From NCBI GenBank assembly GCA_951406725.2, contig OX597819.1, positions 106,392,001-106,456,000 on the forward strand: 64,000 nucleotides of DNA, in the 5' to 3' direction. Below the pieces are notes generated by a model. The model was not told where the DNA came from. It worked only from the letters and a program-made list of their open reading frames with translations, and did no database searches. The stretch's first letter is position 1; each line of letters begins with the position of its first letter. The translations under genes were made by a program, and so were the position numbers. This DNA is from Octopus vulgaris. Its lineage: Eukaryota. Of this stretch, positions 24,868 to 38,759 are shown piece by piece.

Positions 24868-26093
24868 CAAGGGTTAATCAAGAATTATACTCACACTTGT
24901 TCCTGTAATTTATCGAAACAAATGCAGTTGTACAATTACAATTCAACAAAGAATAATATCTATGCTTCTCCATACGTTTCTTCAAAACACCTCAAGCATG
25001 CATATTCCATCGGAGAAGAAGGGTTTGACTTGGTCGCACAGCCATTTATGCACTGATTCCTGCTATTCTTTGTCCGTAGCAGATCAACGGCCTTGTAAAG
25101 GACGTTTGAGAGGGTTTAATAAGTAAAAGCCGAAAGGGACGAGATCGTGACTGCTCGCGGGGTGTTTCAGCAACTCCAAACCCAACTTTTAATGGTTTCT
25201 GTGGTGTGGGTGGTCGTATGTGCGCGTGCATTGTCTTGCAACAATAACATGATTTGACAACAGACTTCGGCCTTTGGTGCGAATTGCTGGTTTCACTGTT
25301 TCCTACTGTGGTAATTGATGACAACTTTCCTGGGCAATTTTCTGGCATAAACGAATTAGCGTCGCCAAAGCACATTTAGTGTCACTTTGTCTGCAGAAGT
25401 TTGAGTCTTAAGGTTCCTTTTCACTGGCGATTCCGGGTGTTACTCTTCCATGATCTGTCTTTCAGATTCCGGTTCAAAGTGCTTGGCCCAGGTCTTATCA
25501 CTTATGACTATTTTCAGCAAAAAGAGCTTCGCCTTCATTGTTGTAGCTCTCGAGTAAGCGTTGACATCTCTCTATACGATTGTGCTTATGCACTTTCGTA
25601 AGCTCTACTGGCACCCATCTTGTTCAGAATTTAAGCATGCGAAGTTTCTCAGAGATGATTTCGTATGCAGAACCACGAATAATTTGCACAGAACATACCA
25701 ACTCATCGTTCGTTGCGCGTCGGTTCGCCAGAACCATCTTCCGAGCTTGTTGAAGCTTCACGATTCTCTGGTCATTTTAAAACTTATTGATCCCCTTATA
25801 TACACCTCTACAAGATACACCGCTGTCCCTGTATTATGCTGAAAGCATGAGGCGAACTTCAGCCTCTGACCCATATTCAGAACAGAGAACTCGGATCACA
25901 GATCTCTGTTCTTCTTTGATGTACACTGCCAGCAGAGCGACTATGTTTATTCTATTACTAAAGAAAGAAAACTGGAGCCATGAACATCAAACCTCTGTTA
26001 CTTAAACACAAGGGTACCACCTCATACCACGCGAGTGAAGCGAGAGTGCGGATAAAAGTTTCGGCGAGAGTGCAGATGATTTCTGACTTCCCG
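24868..26093 (-). mobile_element. Full-length degenerate mariner transposon
   Basis: Decayed TIRs (CAAGGGTTAATCAAGAATTAT / ATGATTTCTGACTTCCCG-TA). Minus-strand motifs KEEQRSVIRVL, RWVPVELT, IVISDKTWAKHFEPE and LLQDNARAH, with multiple stops and frameshifts. Confidence 0.85.
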
Positions 26094-27149
26094 TAGTGTG
26101 TATGTGTGTGTGTGATATAGAGGGGGAGGGGAGAGAGAGCGTGTTCACATACACATACACATACACAAACATATAATTAGTTACATAATGGGTAAATGAA
26201 ATAATTCACTACTCTATATTCTCTATATTTTGTCTGAAACGCACTGTTTCAACATGATTAAAACAACTCTTGATGCTTTGGATACATTCGTCCGAAGAGA
26301 GGGCTATTACTGTTTCAATGTATGTTTAATTGTCATCAGATTATAAATTAGTTTAATTTCTACTTGTAGGTTAGAATCCCGTTATGGGGATGTTAACATT
26401 TGACTGCAGTGGGCTACTAGCGGATGGTAGCTGCTATCGAGATGGTAGTTGCTGCTAATTGTTGAATGCTACAAGTGAGTGCTGCAATTGGTTAATGGAA
26501 AGATCAGTAACTGGCGATTGATGTAATGATGAAAAGTAGTCTCGTACTGATTCCAGTATTAGGAGGAAGTCCTATGGAGATTTATAACGGTTTATAGAAT
26601 GCTTGTGCAAACATTCTCGTGTAGAGTAAAACGTTTCTCAGTTGCTTTGTGTTAAATAAAAACGTGTAATATAGTTTTAACATCGAGAGTTTTGAAAAAA
26701 GACATTAAGCTTTGCACTCATTGTTATTAAATGCTATCTCAGCTTTCTTGTGCAAGGAAACATGAGACTATTTCAATATGTGTATTTTTTTGCTGCGACG
26801 AAAAAGGATGCTCAGGGTAATTCAAGGTGCTTTGTAGAGACATACACCATATTATACCATTGATAGTAGCTCCCCGACCCGGGAGTCTCCAGATAAGGCA
26901 GGAGAAAGGAGTTGAGTCTTCCTGTTTCTTCGACGTGGAGGAATGCATGAGGTGAATAAAGATTCTATTGAAATCGCTAACTGTAAATCCAGTGCGGTAC
27001 GCTGAAGATGGGGACGAAAATGACTTAAGTTATATTTAGCTAATTTAACCATAAAGATTAAAGGCAAATTACAGTTCAAAGGTTTCATATCGTATTAACT
27101 ACTCTATTCCACAGTTGCTACTACAGCATAAGGTAATAGTTATTTTATA

Positions 27150-28260
27150 ATCTGAGTGATTTGTCATTGCCACCTAAACCATTTGCTTATTAACTTACAC
27201 ATCGGCGCAAAACATATGTACTTTTTTCTGACAGTATGGCTAAGGACTGACACTCCAGTAGTAGATGGCAACACAATCATATTCTCCGATCTTGTGGTCA
27301 CTCAACCATTCAACAAATTCTATGCTTCCATCAGTCTGCTGGAATAGAAACAAGTTTGTTTTTCTTCGTTTCGTCTGCTTCTATGTAGCGTTAACACAAT
27401 GGGGTATCTTTGAAGTGGAAGAAATTATATTGTACAAACGTAAACTGTTGGAATTTGCTACCGATTTTGTAAATTAAATTGATAGTGTTATGCTTATTCT
27501 CAGGTTTACTAGTGTACAGTATGTTGTTAAGTAGAATTTTATCTTTTAATTTTTGTAATATAGTGCTAGTTTCCAGTAAAGATTTGATGTAACGTGTTTT
27601 TGTTTTGTTCTATGCTTTGTATATTCTGTATACTTGATTTATTTGATACAACGTTTATGTAATATGTGTGTTTGGAGATGCGGTATTGCCTAATTTATTT
27701 GTTGCATTGTATTTCTCTATTAATTCATCAATCGACTACTCTACTAGCTTGCGTGAAAACCGTTGTGGATTAATGTTTGCATTATTCTGTAGATTTCATC
27801 ATTTAGTAATTTAATTGAAGACGAATAATCTAGATCCTCCCCAACAAAGTGATTTTACCACTGACATATATGGCTGTGCTATAAGCTATCTCAATTTAGT
27901 TTATGCATTTGGCCGTGTCTCTAGTGTAAATAGTCCTAATGCGTCTATTGTTTTAAATTTGAATAGTTATGTCTAGAAAGGTGTTATATCTGTACTATTT
28001 TGGATATTAAATATTAGGTCTGGGTTGTTCTCTATGTCCTTTGTTTATGAGGTTATTTTGATGTGTCCATTGCAACTAATATATCGTTACGTATTTATTG
28101 CATATTTGTATTTCTGTATAGTTTTGTTGTTATATGTAAGTGATCTAGGTCTTACGGGACAACGTATAGCTACTCCAACTTTTTGCTTAGATAGGTTGTC
28201 TTGTGGCAACAAAACAACATTTTATTTGTTCATGTTACTCGAAGATTTTAATCATTTTGC
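27150..28260 (-). pseudogene. Heavily decayed Penelope-like RT/EN remnant
   Basis: Minus-strand snippets PFLDITI, RIMQTLIHNGF and YCQKKYI appear in the expected RT-to-EN order; A-rich sense strand. Boundaries approximate. Confidence 0.35.
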
Positions 28261-28361
28261 TAGTATCATGTCGATTTTACTTTGGATGGATACATACATA
28301 CATACATACATATATATATATATATATGTATGTAAGTATATATATATATATATATACTTAC

Positions 28362-28399
<38 letters not shown>

Positions 28400-28450
28400 A
28401 TATGTATATATACATATACATATATATATACATACACACATACATACATG

Positions 28451-28572
<122 letters not shown>

Positions 28573-29177
28573 CACACACACGTATACACATTATCTAAAA
28601 TTATTTCAGTTGTTTCTATTACTGAAACATTAGTGAGAAGAATTTTTACATCTCGGGGAGAAACTGAATAAATTTCTTTTTGTCTTGTAAAAGAGAAAGT
28701 CTTCCGATGATAATATAAAACTCTGGTTACTTGTTTGACGATTTCATTCTAGTTGTAATGGATACATCCCAAGTCGATCGGAAATTCAAGCAGCATCTAG
28801 AACTGCTCACATCTAACTCTCTCTCTTTGGCTACACTATTAAAACAGTCTCCTAGGCTCACCATGCATTTAAAACAAGGCGCCATTGCAACACACTAAAT
28901 CATACACCATAAAACAAAGCTAAATAAGAAAACAGTATCAGAAATTATTTCCATGCTTTATACAACTCACTTCAAAAACAGAATTACGAATTACGAAGTG
29001 CTAAAACAGTAAACCATGACTACAATCAACATAAAACATGCACATATCACATCTGCAAATACTATTACCTAAAGCACTGAGGCTCTAACGGCTACGTTGT
29101 GCAAGAAATATTTATTGAATGAGAATAAGGTGCTCAATACAAGCAGGGTAGCCAACACAGTAGACAAAATCATTTCA

Positions 29178-29215
29178 CATCCTGAAGATGATGAAAAAAT
29201 TTGGAAAGCTTGATG
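29178..29215 (+). ncRNA. Type I minimal hammerhead at 3' end of a decayed PLE-like segment (~28620-29330)
   Basis: CATC-CTGAAGA-(decayed stem II)-GAAA-GC-TT-GATG: perfect stem I CATC/GATG and palindromic AAGCTT stem III. Confidence 0.65.
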
Positions 29216-29727
29216 AGGGGACGATTGCTGCTGGAATGCAATGTTATACCTCCAAGGAAAGTCAGAAGTTGCTGCTGGGGGATTTCTACGACTTCAAGAG
29301 CCTCAATTTTTGGCTTTCTAATTCACTCGATTTTAATCCTCGAATGACTCGTCTGTAATCTGGGATTTCTTGCTGAACAAATGACTTTTTATAGGGGTCA
29401 AATATTTGTATTGTGTGTTAGGTCGTTACATCCATGAACTCTACATCACCTAAATAGTTGCATGCTGTGTTAGACGTCGAAGTAATCGCAGAACAGCGTG
29501 AAATGAGAGCTTCCAGTCCGATATAAATATTGATTTTATGGAACGTGACTATGTACTAGTTTAATCTGCGTATCAGACACCTTTACTTCCTTTTGAATAA
29601 TAAAGTTTCAAAATCCTTTTTAGAGTAGCTAGCGCAGTTCCCTTTGTTGATTTATTACTTCCGATATTCTGCTAGCTAGGAAACAAGCCAAGATTTTACC
29701 TACTCCGTTCCCTAAATTTGGACATAT

Positions 29728-29758
<31 letters not shown>

Positions 29759-30169
29759 CAGATGTATTTATATATATATATATATATGTGTTCATATATA
29801 TACATATATATTTTTCGATCAGATCTCCTGCGAATTTACATGGGATCCCTCGAGGACAATGTAACCTTATTTGACTGAGGTATCTTTGGCCAGATGATGA
29901 AGATTAAGGATGTAATTAGCTGAAGTGGAGGACTGGATGCTGTTTGAATACTGGAAAAAGGGTTACCGCTATCATTACGATTCATGCCGGATGTCAAAAT
30001 GCCGGCATCATTAATGCTTCCCAATATTCTATGAATACTCTAACATGTGTAAGGCATAACATGGCTTGTTGAAAACGAAAGCTATGCAACCGTGGCCTGC
30101 AGGAAGGGACAGAGCAGGGGTACATCCGAATCCACACGCCGGAACGCAAATCTACATCTTTGAATAGGT

Positions 30170-30425
30170 CCCTAGGATTAATTCAGAGGACTCTGTGAAG
30201 CTGCTGGCGACTGCAGACAATCCATACCATGAAATAGACATAAACCCCGTTTAGTACAACTGCAGAAAACAGTGTTATTAGGGTCAGCTAGGATACTTGG
30301 GGGCAGGGGGTCTTGGCGTCTAAGTTTACTTGATGAAACACAATCGTAGGATTCTTGGCACATAAGGATACTTGCCGTAGCCTGATGTTAGGATTTTTTT
30401 TTTCCAAGTCTAATTTGTTGAATGT
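30170..30425 (+). mobile_element. R4/Dong LINE extreme 3' end
   Basis: VQLQKTVLLGSARIL is the R4-clade C-terminal motif; followed by a short UTR and (AAT)n. Confidence 0.7.
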
Positions 30426-30463
30426 ATATAATAATAATAATAAAAATAATAATGATAATAATA

Positions 30464-30497
<34 letters not shown>

Positions 30498-30519
30498 CGA
30501 CGATGATGATGATGATAAT

Positions 30520-30552
<33 letters not shown>

Positions 30553-30581
30553 AACAATAATAATAATAATAAGCCTCTCGC

Positions 30582-31452
30582 TTAAAATCTGAAACAGGGG
30601 GGTTTATCATAGCAGCTCAAGATCAATGCCTACCAACAAGGAACTACCAGGCCAACATATTAAAGAACGGCAATAGCGCAACATGTCGTGTATGTCAACA
30701 ACAAAATGAAACCATTGATCATGTTGTCTCCAAGTGCAGTCTTCTAATGCCTACAGAGTATCTCAACAGGCATGATAGAGCTGCACAATATATTCACTGG
30801 GTAATCTGCAAAAACCTGGATTTGCCCCATGAAAAAAACTGGTGGGAACACAAACCACCTCCAGTGCTTGAAAATGACCATATCTCACTCCTCTGAAACT
30901 TCACCATTCAAACTGACAGAAAGATAGATGCATATAGGCCAGACATCATATTGAAAGACTTCAAACAAAGAACATGCCTCCTCATTGATATGACTGTCCC
31001 AATCGATATAAACGTATCTGTCACGACCTACCAAAAACTGAGCAAATAAAAAGATCTTGAAATAGAAATCAGCAAAATGTGGAACCTGAAGACTGAAACA
31101 ATGCCTGTTGTCGTAGGTGCCCTGGGAATGATTGCAAAAGGGGCTGATCGCTACCTAACTCAGATACCAGGAAACCCCAAAATGGCAGAAATTCAAAAGA
31201 TAGTGCTCCTGGGAACTGCTCATATCCTACGCAAAATACTTTCTATGTAATCTCAAGTTTTAAAACAATTTTCTTTTTTCTTTTCTTTAGACATTCACTA
31301 GTACAACACTAAATACAAAACCAAATATATGGCACACTAGGCATAACAACAACACGAACTTCCAACCTGTTGTCTCTTGAGGTCTTTGGGTGAGACTTGG
31401 AGCCAACTTGTACAAATATAAAGCAAAAGTCAAACATAAAATAATAATAATA
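30582..31452 (+). mobile_element. 5'-truncated R4/Dong LINE (zinc knuckle plus RLE endonuclease), pseudogenised
   Basis: Frame 30582-31250: LKSETGGFIIAAQDQCLPTRNY...CRVC...ETIDHVVSKC...RHD...RPDIILKD...LIDMTVP...PVVVGALG...IQKIVLLGTAHILRKILSM*, with in-frame stops near 30894 and 31048. Then a 3' UTR and (AAT)n tail. Confidence 0.92.
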
Positions 31453-31506
31453 ATAACAACAACAACAATAATAATAAGAAATACGCATATATATCGTGTG
31501 TATATA

Positions 31507-31565
<59 letters not shown>

Positions 31566-31762
31566 AAAACAGCAGCTTGCTATGTTTCACCAAAATGTAG
31601 ATGTATAACTGCCACTAAAGGTGCCCACGGTGTTAGGAATCACCTACATTGCTAGAAATAAGTACAAAAACGCCCTAATACTGTCGTTAACTGACATGAA
31701 TGGAAACATATACACTAATATGGACCATAATTATTCGAAAAATGCCGATCGAGAATTTTTAA

Positions 31763-31804
31763 TACTGACCCAGTTTCGGCAATTTCCGCTGCTTCATCAG
31801 TTAA
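31763..31804 (-). ncRNA. Minimal hammerhead, stem I decayed
   Basis: Minus strand CTGATGA-A-GCAG(cggaaa)TTGC-C-GAAA-CTGG-GTC-AGTA: intact core and GUC triplet. Confidence 0.6.
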
Positions 31805-33051
31805 GCCCGTTCTATTGGTATTTAAGTTTTCGTCATTCAAAGTATTGGATGATTTAGCGATTCCCTAATGTGTATAAAATAAAATTAATATAAACAGCAG
31901 TGTCAGTATGTGTGTGTGCGTGTATCTAGTGCAATTTTTGAATAGAATTCAATAAGACTAAAATGAATTTTGGACTGAATACAGCATGTATTTTCTAATC
32001 TTTAACGAGAAAAAAAAGCGGATATTATCTGAGATCACGTTTAAATTGATTAACCACAAAACGAAGAAACTTGAAAAAAATAAAGAAATGAATACCCCAA
32101 CAATGATCTCAAGGAGCCGAGTAACTTTTGAGAAAAAATATTCCGTAAAACACAGCAAATGTATCACCTCTATTTGCTCAGTAAAAATGCATTAGCCGCA
32201 AATCAGACGCTTATAACTGATTGACAAATATTGTCCGCATATGACAGAAGATGCTGAAGTTGATGGAATAAAGAAAAGTTTTCACGTAAAGAAATAAAAT
32301 AAGCTAATAATATTATTCGTTGTCTAAGCACCGACAAAACTCGGCATGTTTATTTGTTGAAAAATTGATGTCGAACAAGTAGGGAAGAAATAAACTACTA
32401 TCAAGAATAATAAATTCGCACAGGAACTGAAATTAAGGTGAATTTGTTACCTGACTTCATCAAACATTTCTAATGTGATTTTTACAAGAATAAATTAAAT
32501 GACCACATGTAAAAGAAATATAGGTTAAAACCAGTGTGAGAAATTGCGAAGTTCATACAGGAATTGGAATTAAAATGAATCTGTTACCGGAGTGCACCAA
32601 GCTTCCCTAATGGTATAAAAAAAATACCTAAACCAAAATAAAAATAAGAGAAGAAACAAAATTGATCACATATTAAATGTGCGATGGTTAAAAACGCTGG
32701 TCAGAAAGCACGATGTTATGTGTAGTGGAAAATAAGTACGTAAAATAATTTGAGTCTTAGTGTTATATATATATATATAGTTTTTCGGTTGCGTGAAGGC
32801 ACAGGAAGTGTTAAAATGCTGTCGAAGATGTTTTTCATCGCATGAACCTTAGTAGCTCTTAAAAATATATATGGCATTTATTAAATTAACATGTACGCAC
32901 ACACACACACACACACGCATATATATATATATTAAAGTAGTTTATTGTGTAAGACCGGTGCAACAGAAGGAGGTACAAAATAAACAACAAGAAGAAAAGA
33001 AAACAAAAGAAAATTGCAGCTTTACCTCGAATGTGAAGATACACACACGTA

Positions 33052-33212
33052 CACGATGGGTTTCTTTCAGTGTCCATCTACCAAATCCAATCACAAGGAT
33101 TAGGTCGACCCGAGGCTATAGTGGAGACCACTTGCCCCAGTTCCTGCGCAGTGGGACTGAACCTGGAAACATCTAGTTGTGAAAAAGCTTCTTACTATAC
33201 AACCACGCCTGA
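33052..33212 (-). mobile_element. CORE-type SINE 5' part
   Basis: TTTCTTTCAGTGTCCATCTACCAAATCC...CGAGGCTATAGTGGAGACCACTTGCCC...GGGACTGAACC...CTTCTTAC. Confidence 0.85.
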
Positions 33213-33244
33213 CTTATATAAGAATGTATAAATATAAGTATACA

Positions 33245-33387
<143 letters not shown>

Positions 33388-33551
33388 GAAATAAGGTAAT
33401 CAGAAGATTGGATGGTTCATATTTATAGATATTTATTTATATATTACATTTTTTACATATATATATCATATCATTCAGATTAATAGCGCTTTCTTCCATT
33501 CTAGTGGGGTTTTCAAATCAAAATTTGAAACTGATGTATATATATATATAT

Positions 33552-33618
<67 letters not shown>

Positions 33619-33625
33619 TATATAC

Positions 33626-33676
<51 letters not shown>

Positions 33677-33679
<3 letters not shown>

Positions 33680-36080
33680 TTTGATACTTTGATACTTTGA
33701 TAGGTTTCGGCCATTATTGGCCCAGGCCATGTCTAACTTAATAGCACCACCTGGTGAAGTCTTTCAAGTCAGAATTTGGGCACTATGGCCCACTCAAGTA
33801 GAGAGTTATTGTTTACAGAGACATATCCGGGTGTAGGGGGTTTATCCGGGATTTCTTGAAGGAATCTGTCCAAAGACTTCTTGAACCCTATAGGGTCAGT
33901 TTCTGTTTTAATGTGTTTTGGTGTAATGTTAAAGAGAGCGGGGCCAATTGAGGTGAAATAATTGTGCCGTATTGTTGTTATGAGATGAGAGCGCGATTTT
34001 TGTTTTGGGCGGATGGCACGGGGCCCAAGCCTTGGATGTACCTTAAAGGTGATGCCAACATCATTTGGGCAATGCTGATGGAATATTTTCCACATCATGC
34101 AGATGATGTAGCGCTCACGACGACGTTGGAGAGAATAGAGTTTTAGCTTTTCTAGTCGACCCCAATAGTCGAGGCCTGTCATGCCATCTATCTTTTTTGT
34201 GATTGCCCTTTGAGGTGCTTCGACTTTTATGATACCTTGTATTGTGTGGGGAGACCACAGTGGACAACAGTATTCAAGGTGGGGTCGGGCAAAAGTGGAG
34301 AAGAGAAGGATAATGGTGTGGATATCTCTCGACTGGAAAGTTCTGAGAATCCAGGAACACATTCTGCGGGCCATGTCAACTTTGGTGTTTATATGAGTGG
34401 CCCAGCTTACGTTGTTGTCCACAATTACTCCCAAGTCTCTGATGTTGTTGGACGCCGTGAGAGTTTCACCTGAAGGAAGGGAGTATGGGAGTTTCAGGGC
34501 ATCCTCTTTTCCAAAGTGGATTAGCTCAAATTTATCCTCGTTCAGCAGCATATTGTTTTTTTCTGCCCATTGGATAACAGCCAGTAGATCTGACTGAAGG
34601 CATGTCCGGTCACTCGCCTCATTTATGACCTTCTGTAGCTTGGAGTCATCTGCAAAGATTTTTATGTTGCTGTGCTTGATGATGTCATTAATGTCATTAA
34701 TGTAAATGATGAAAAGAAGTGGGCCCAGCACAGTGCCTTGCGGAACGCCACTACTGACTTTGGCTGGGCTTGATTTTACCCCTTCAACTACAACATGTTG
34801 AGATCTGTCTGTCAGGAAACACTTAATCCATTTCAGTAACTTTCCAGAGACACCAATGTTGGATAGTTTTTTCAATAGGATCTTGTGATCGACCCTGTCG
34901 AAGGCCTTACTGAAATCAAGGTAGATGACATCGGTGTTGGAGCCCTCTCCCAAAGCTCTCAAAATGTCCTCAAAGTGATGCAGGAGCTGCGTTAGGCAGT
35001 CCCTTCCATTACGGAACCCATGTTGGTTGGAGATCAGCCGTCTGTTGCTTTCCAGAAATTGGGTTATTTGAGTTCTCACCACCCTCTCAAATACCTTGAT
35101 GATATGAGAGGTGAGTGAGATCGGACGGTAATTCACTGCAAGGGACTTGTTTCCCTTTTTGAAAACTGGGACAACAGACTGGGACAGAAGGTTTTTTGGA
35201 ATATAGCCAGCATCCAGTGAGTTTCTCCACAGATTAGCAAGGGGAGATGCAAGTTGGTGTCGACACACCTTCAGGACACAAGCAGGGAACCTATCGGGGC
35301 CTACTGCTGAATTGTGTTTTATTTCGTTTATCGCCGCTAAGACATCAGGGGCACTAAACGTTATGTCCGATATAGTGTGTTGGGGGTTGACATCACTGAT
35401 ACAGCCCAGATCGGCCATATCAGGATTGCTGAAAACAGAGCAGTATTGTTTCTGCAGTATCTCGGCCATGGATTTGGCATTATCTTGGAGAGTGCCAGTT
35501 TCGTCAATTAGAGGGCCTACAGTGGAGACAGTGACCCTGCGTTTCCTCGCAAATGAAAAGAACACTTTGGGGTTGAGTTTGATTTTTTCAATGGCCCACT
35601 TCTCCTCAGCTGATCTTTGGTTATTGATGAGGGACTTCATGCATTGTTGGAGGTTATATTTTTTGGATTCAAGCAGTGCGATAGCCGTCGAATGTGTGTG
35701 TTGCTGTTGGCAGTACTTTAGTTTGTTAATTTTTTTGTTTGTTCTTTTTATTTTTCTGATAATGGTTTTTCTGTTTTGGGGGATTCTGCACTTTTTGTTC
35801 ACAGGTCTTGGTGGGGAGTGTTTTGCACATATGTCTGTGACGGTGTCTACAAAGATCTGCCAAGATGTTTTATGGTTGGTGGAGATGTGTGTATGTGTAA
35901 AGGACCAGTCAACATTTGATAGCTCGTTCCTGATTGCATCCCAGTTGGCTTTATGGAGATCCATGTTGTCAAATGGGTGGGCTGGAGGAAGGTCACTAGG
36001 ATTAGCTTTCGGCTGGTGGAATTTCATGTTACAGAGAACCATGTCATGGTCTGAAAGAAGGGTTTTTTCCACTGTAACGT

Positions 36081-36084
<4 letters not shown>
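33677..36084 (-). mobile_element. Young 5'-truncated CR1-group LINE inserted in (TA)n
   Basis: Open RT frame, short 3' UTR and an 8-bp tandem tail (TCAAAGTA)x3 on the element strand; (TA)n on both sides. Confidence 0.95.
33769..36084 (-). CDS. LINE ORF2: C-terminal tip of APE plus complete reverse transcriptase (no native start)
   Basis: [66 protein letters not shown] and [10 protein letters not shown] over ~770 uninterrupted codons. The poly-IY N-terminus in the ORF track is flanking (TA)n. Confidence 0.95.
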
Positions 36085-36156
<72 letters not shown>

Positions 36157-36161
36157 TATAC

Positions 36162-36207
<46 letters not shown>

Positions 36208-36328
36208 AAATATATATATACCAAATACATATATACCAAATTATATAAAAAGAATTTAACATTTAAATAAAGGCTCACTTAATGCTTCTTAATAGAGTAC
36301 ACTTTGTCTTTCACATGAAAAGTCTGAC

Positions 36329-36368
36329 AGTCACTTCGAAGTTTCGGCTCACTTGCCTTCATCAGACT
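36329..36368 (-). ncRNA. Type I hammerhead with perfect palindromic stem III
   Basis: Minus strand AGT-CTGATGAA-GGC(aagtga)GCC-GAA-ACTTCGAAGT-G-ACT: all stems pair; position 17 is G (non-canonical). Confidence 0.7.
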
Positions 36369-37475
36369 TTTGTGTAATGTAAATGTGCATACATGCATAC
36401 GTACATACATACACTTGCATACACACACACACGCGCGCGTACGCGCAAGATGTTAATGTCAGTGTGCCGAAATAGGTTGAGGGGAAAAATGCATTTATTT
36501 GAAAAGACGAAAGAAACTCAAAACAAGCAGGAAGTCAGAAAGGAAATACCTTTAAATTAAAAGCAGTTAACACTTCATATGCAACATGGATAATTACGCA
36601 TGAAATATCTAATATATTAGTAAGTTACAGTAAATTAAAACAAATATAGAGTAAAAGTTCATTAAGTTAGTCAACTGGCACTCGCTGCATATGAGCACTT
36701 AGGTTAATGTAGCACATAAAAGGGACTTTGAATAGTAACATACAACGAAAAATATACCGCACAAAGCAGTTGAAAGTGTGAGAGATAAAATATTATGTAA
36801 GGTTATCAATTGTAAAAGCCACAGAATAAAGAGATGAGTTGTACCATTGAATAACATAGTCAATTGTTCATCGACTATGCATTGGAGAAATAAGAAACTG
36901 AGCAGAAATACAGTTCAAATATTGAGATAAAACATTAGTGTCAAATACTTAGATTAGAATGAAGGCCAGCATAAACATTATATTTACCCCAATTTTTACA
37001 TAAAAAGCACGAAGCTGGTGACATGATTATCGGTACAGTACTTTGTGCAAATACTTAATTAATTACTGAAATGTATGGAGAGAATCAATGAAGAAAAACG
37101 GCAAACGTTAAGTGTACTTGAAACACAGCAAGTTACAATATAAAGTACGGAAAATGCACTGATTTGTTATTACATGTAGTAAGTTTCGAAGATAAATAGC
37201 TTACAGTAATCTCAGCATTAGTTTTGAACGTTGGTGTAGAGAAACTAATGTAAATAAAGGAACACCAGCACCACCATCACCAACACCATCAATCACACAC
37301 TCGCAAGCACACATAAATGTGTGGTTGTATAGATGTGTATGTATGTATTTTTCAATAGTTGACATCCACCAGTCTTGAAAAGCATTGAATGCCGGTCGCG
37401 AAGGAGAATAAAGAGAAATTTGATAAGCATTGACGTATTTGAAATACAGTATGAGTCGCTGGTAAATTTTGATGC

Positions 37476-37548
<73 letters not shown>

Positions 37549-37564
37549 CATTTAATCTATTGTA

Positions 37565-37965
37565 CTTTAGGCGCAAGGCCCGAAATTTTGGCAGGAGGGG
37601 GCCAGTCGATTAGTATTGAATAGTATTGAATTAGTACGCATCTGGTATTGAATTTCTCGAGCCCAAAAGGATGAAAGGAAAAGTCGACACCGGGGGAATT
37701 TGAACTCATAACGTTAAGACAGACGAAATACCTATTTCTTTACTACCCACAAGGGGCTAAACGCAGAGCGGACAAACAAGGACTGACAAACGGATTAAGT
37801 CGATTATATCTACCCCAGTGCGTAACTGGTACTTATTTAATCGACCGCGAAAGGATGAAAGGCAAAGTCGACCTCGGCGGTATTTGAACTCAGAACGTAG
37901 CTGCAGACGAAATACCGCCAAGCATTTCGCCCGGTGTGCTAACGTGTCTGCCAGCTCGCCGCCTT
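37565..37965 (-). mobile_element. Dimeric Meta-domain tRNA-derived SINE
   Basis: Element strand GGCGGCGAGCTGGCAGACACGTTAGCA...GAGTTCAAATACCGCCGAGGTCGACTTTGCCTTTCATCCTTTCG, followed by a second headless unit. Confidence 0.9.
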
Positions 37966-38124
37966 AGTACACACATTTAATGAGCAATAAACATTTCCGT
38001 TACTTGATATGGTAAATCTGCAATGTAGCGGCAATAGGACCCACATTTGTGGAGATTAGAATCAAAGTCACACCAATAAATCGAAAATTATGAGCCAAAG
38101 AAATGAGAAGCAAATGTGTGTGTG

Positions 38125-38221
<97 letters not shown>

Positions 38222-38759
38222 TTGTGTATGTGTGTGTGTGTTTACATATAAATACATACACACACATATAAATATAAATTGTTTATATATCAAGCAATGT
38301 GTGTGAGCGTGTGTGTGTACGTGTGTTTATTTGCGAATCTCTTTAAATCTTGGACTCACTTCACTAATGGTTTTTAAAATATAATGTGCAGAAATATATA
38401 AAATATTTATGAATACATTGATTTATATGCTAATGCAACGTTTTAATTCAAATATGTATAATATGCTTTATAATTTTGCCGATATACTGTTTTTCTTTTA
38501 ATTATTTTCAGTCGGACTTATTATATATGCAGCAAGTGTTTATCTCATATGCATTTGGTAACGAAAACTTTATCTAGTCTAGCATTGCATTTTTTCAAAC
38601 AATTAATTACTCCTATTAATTTATAATTCAGCTTGAAATTAAATTATAAATTGAGTAGCATATGTATTTGATGTTAAGTACACTGCAATTTTTAAGTTGT
38701 TGCATCACAACTTAAAATTAAATATGGCAAATTCCTTCCTTTTTTAATTATTTTTTCAT

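Noticed and set aside
33480-33505. Minus-strand GAAAGCGCTA, an HHR 3' half
   Set aside because: No 5' core or stem II found.
35312-36259. 315-aa plus-strand ORF
   Set aside because: Antisense shadow of the LINE ORF2 plus (TA)n; no independent motifs.
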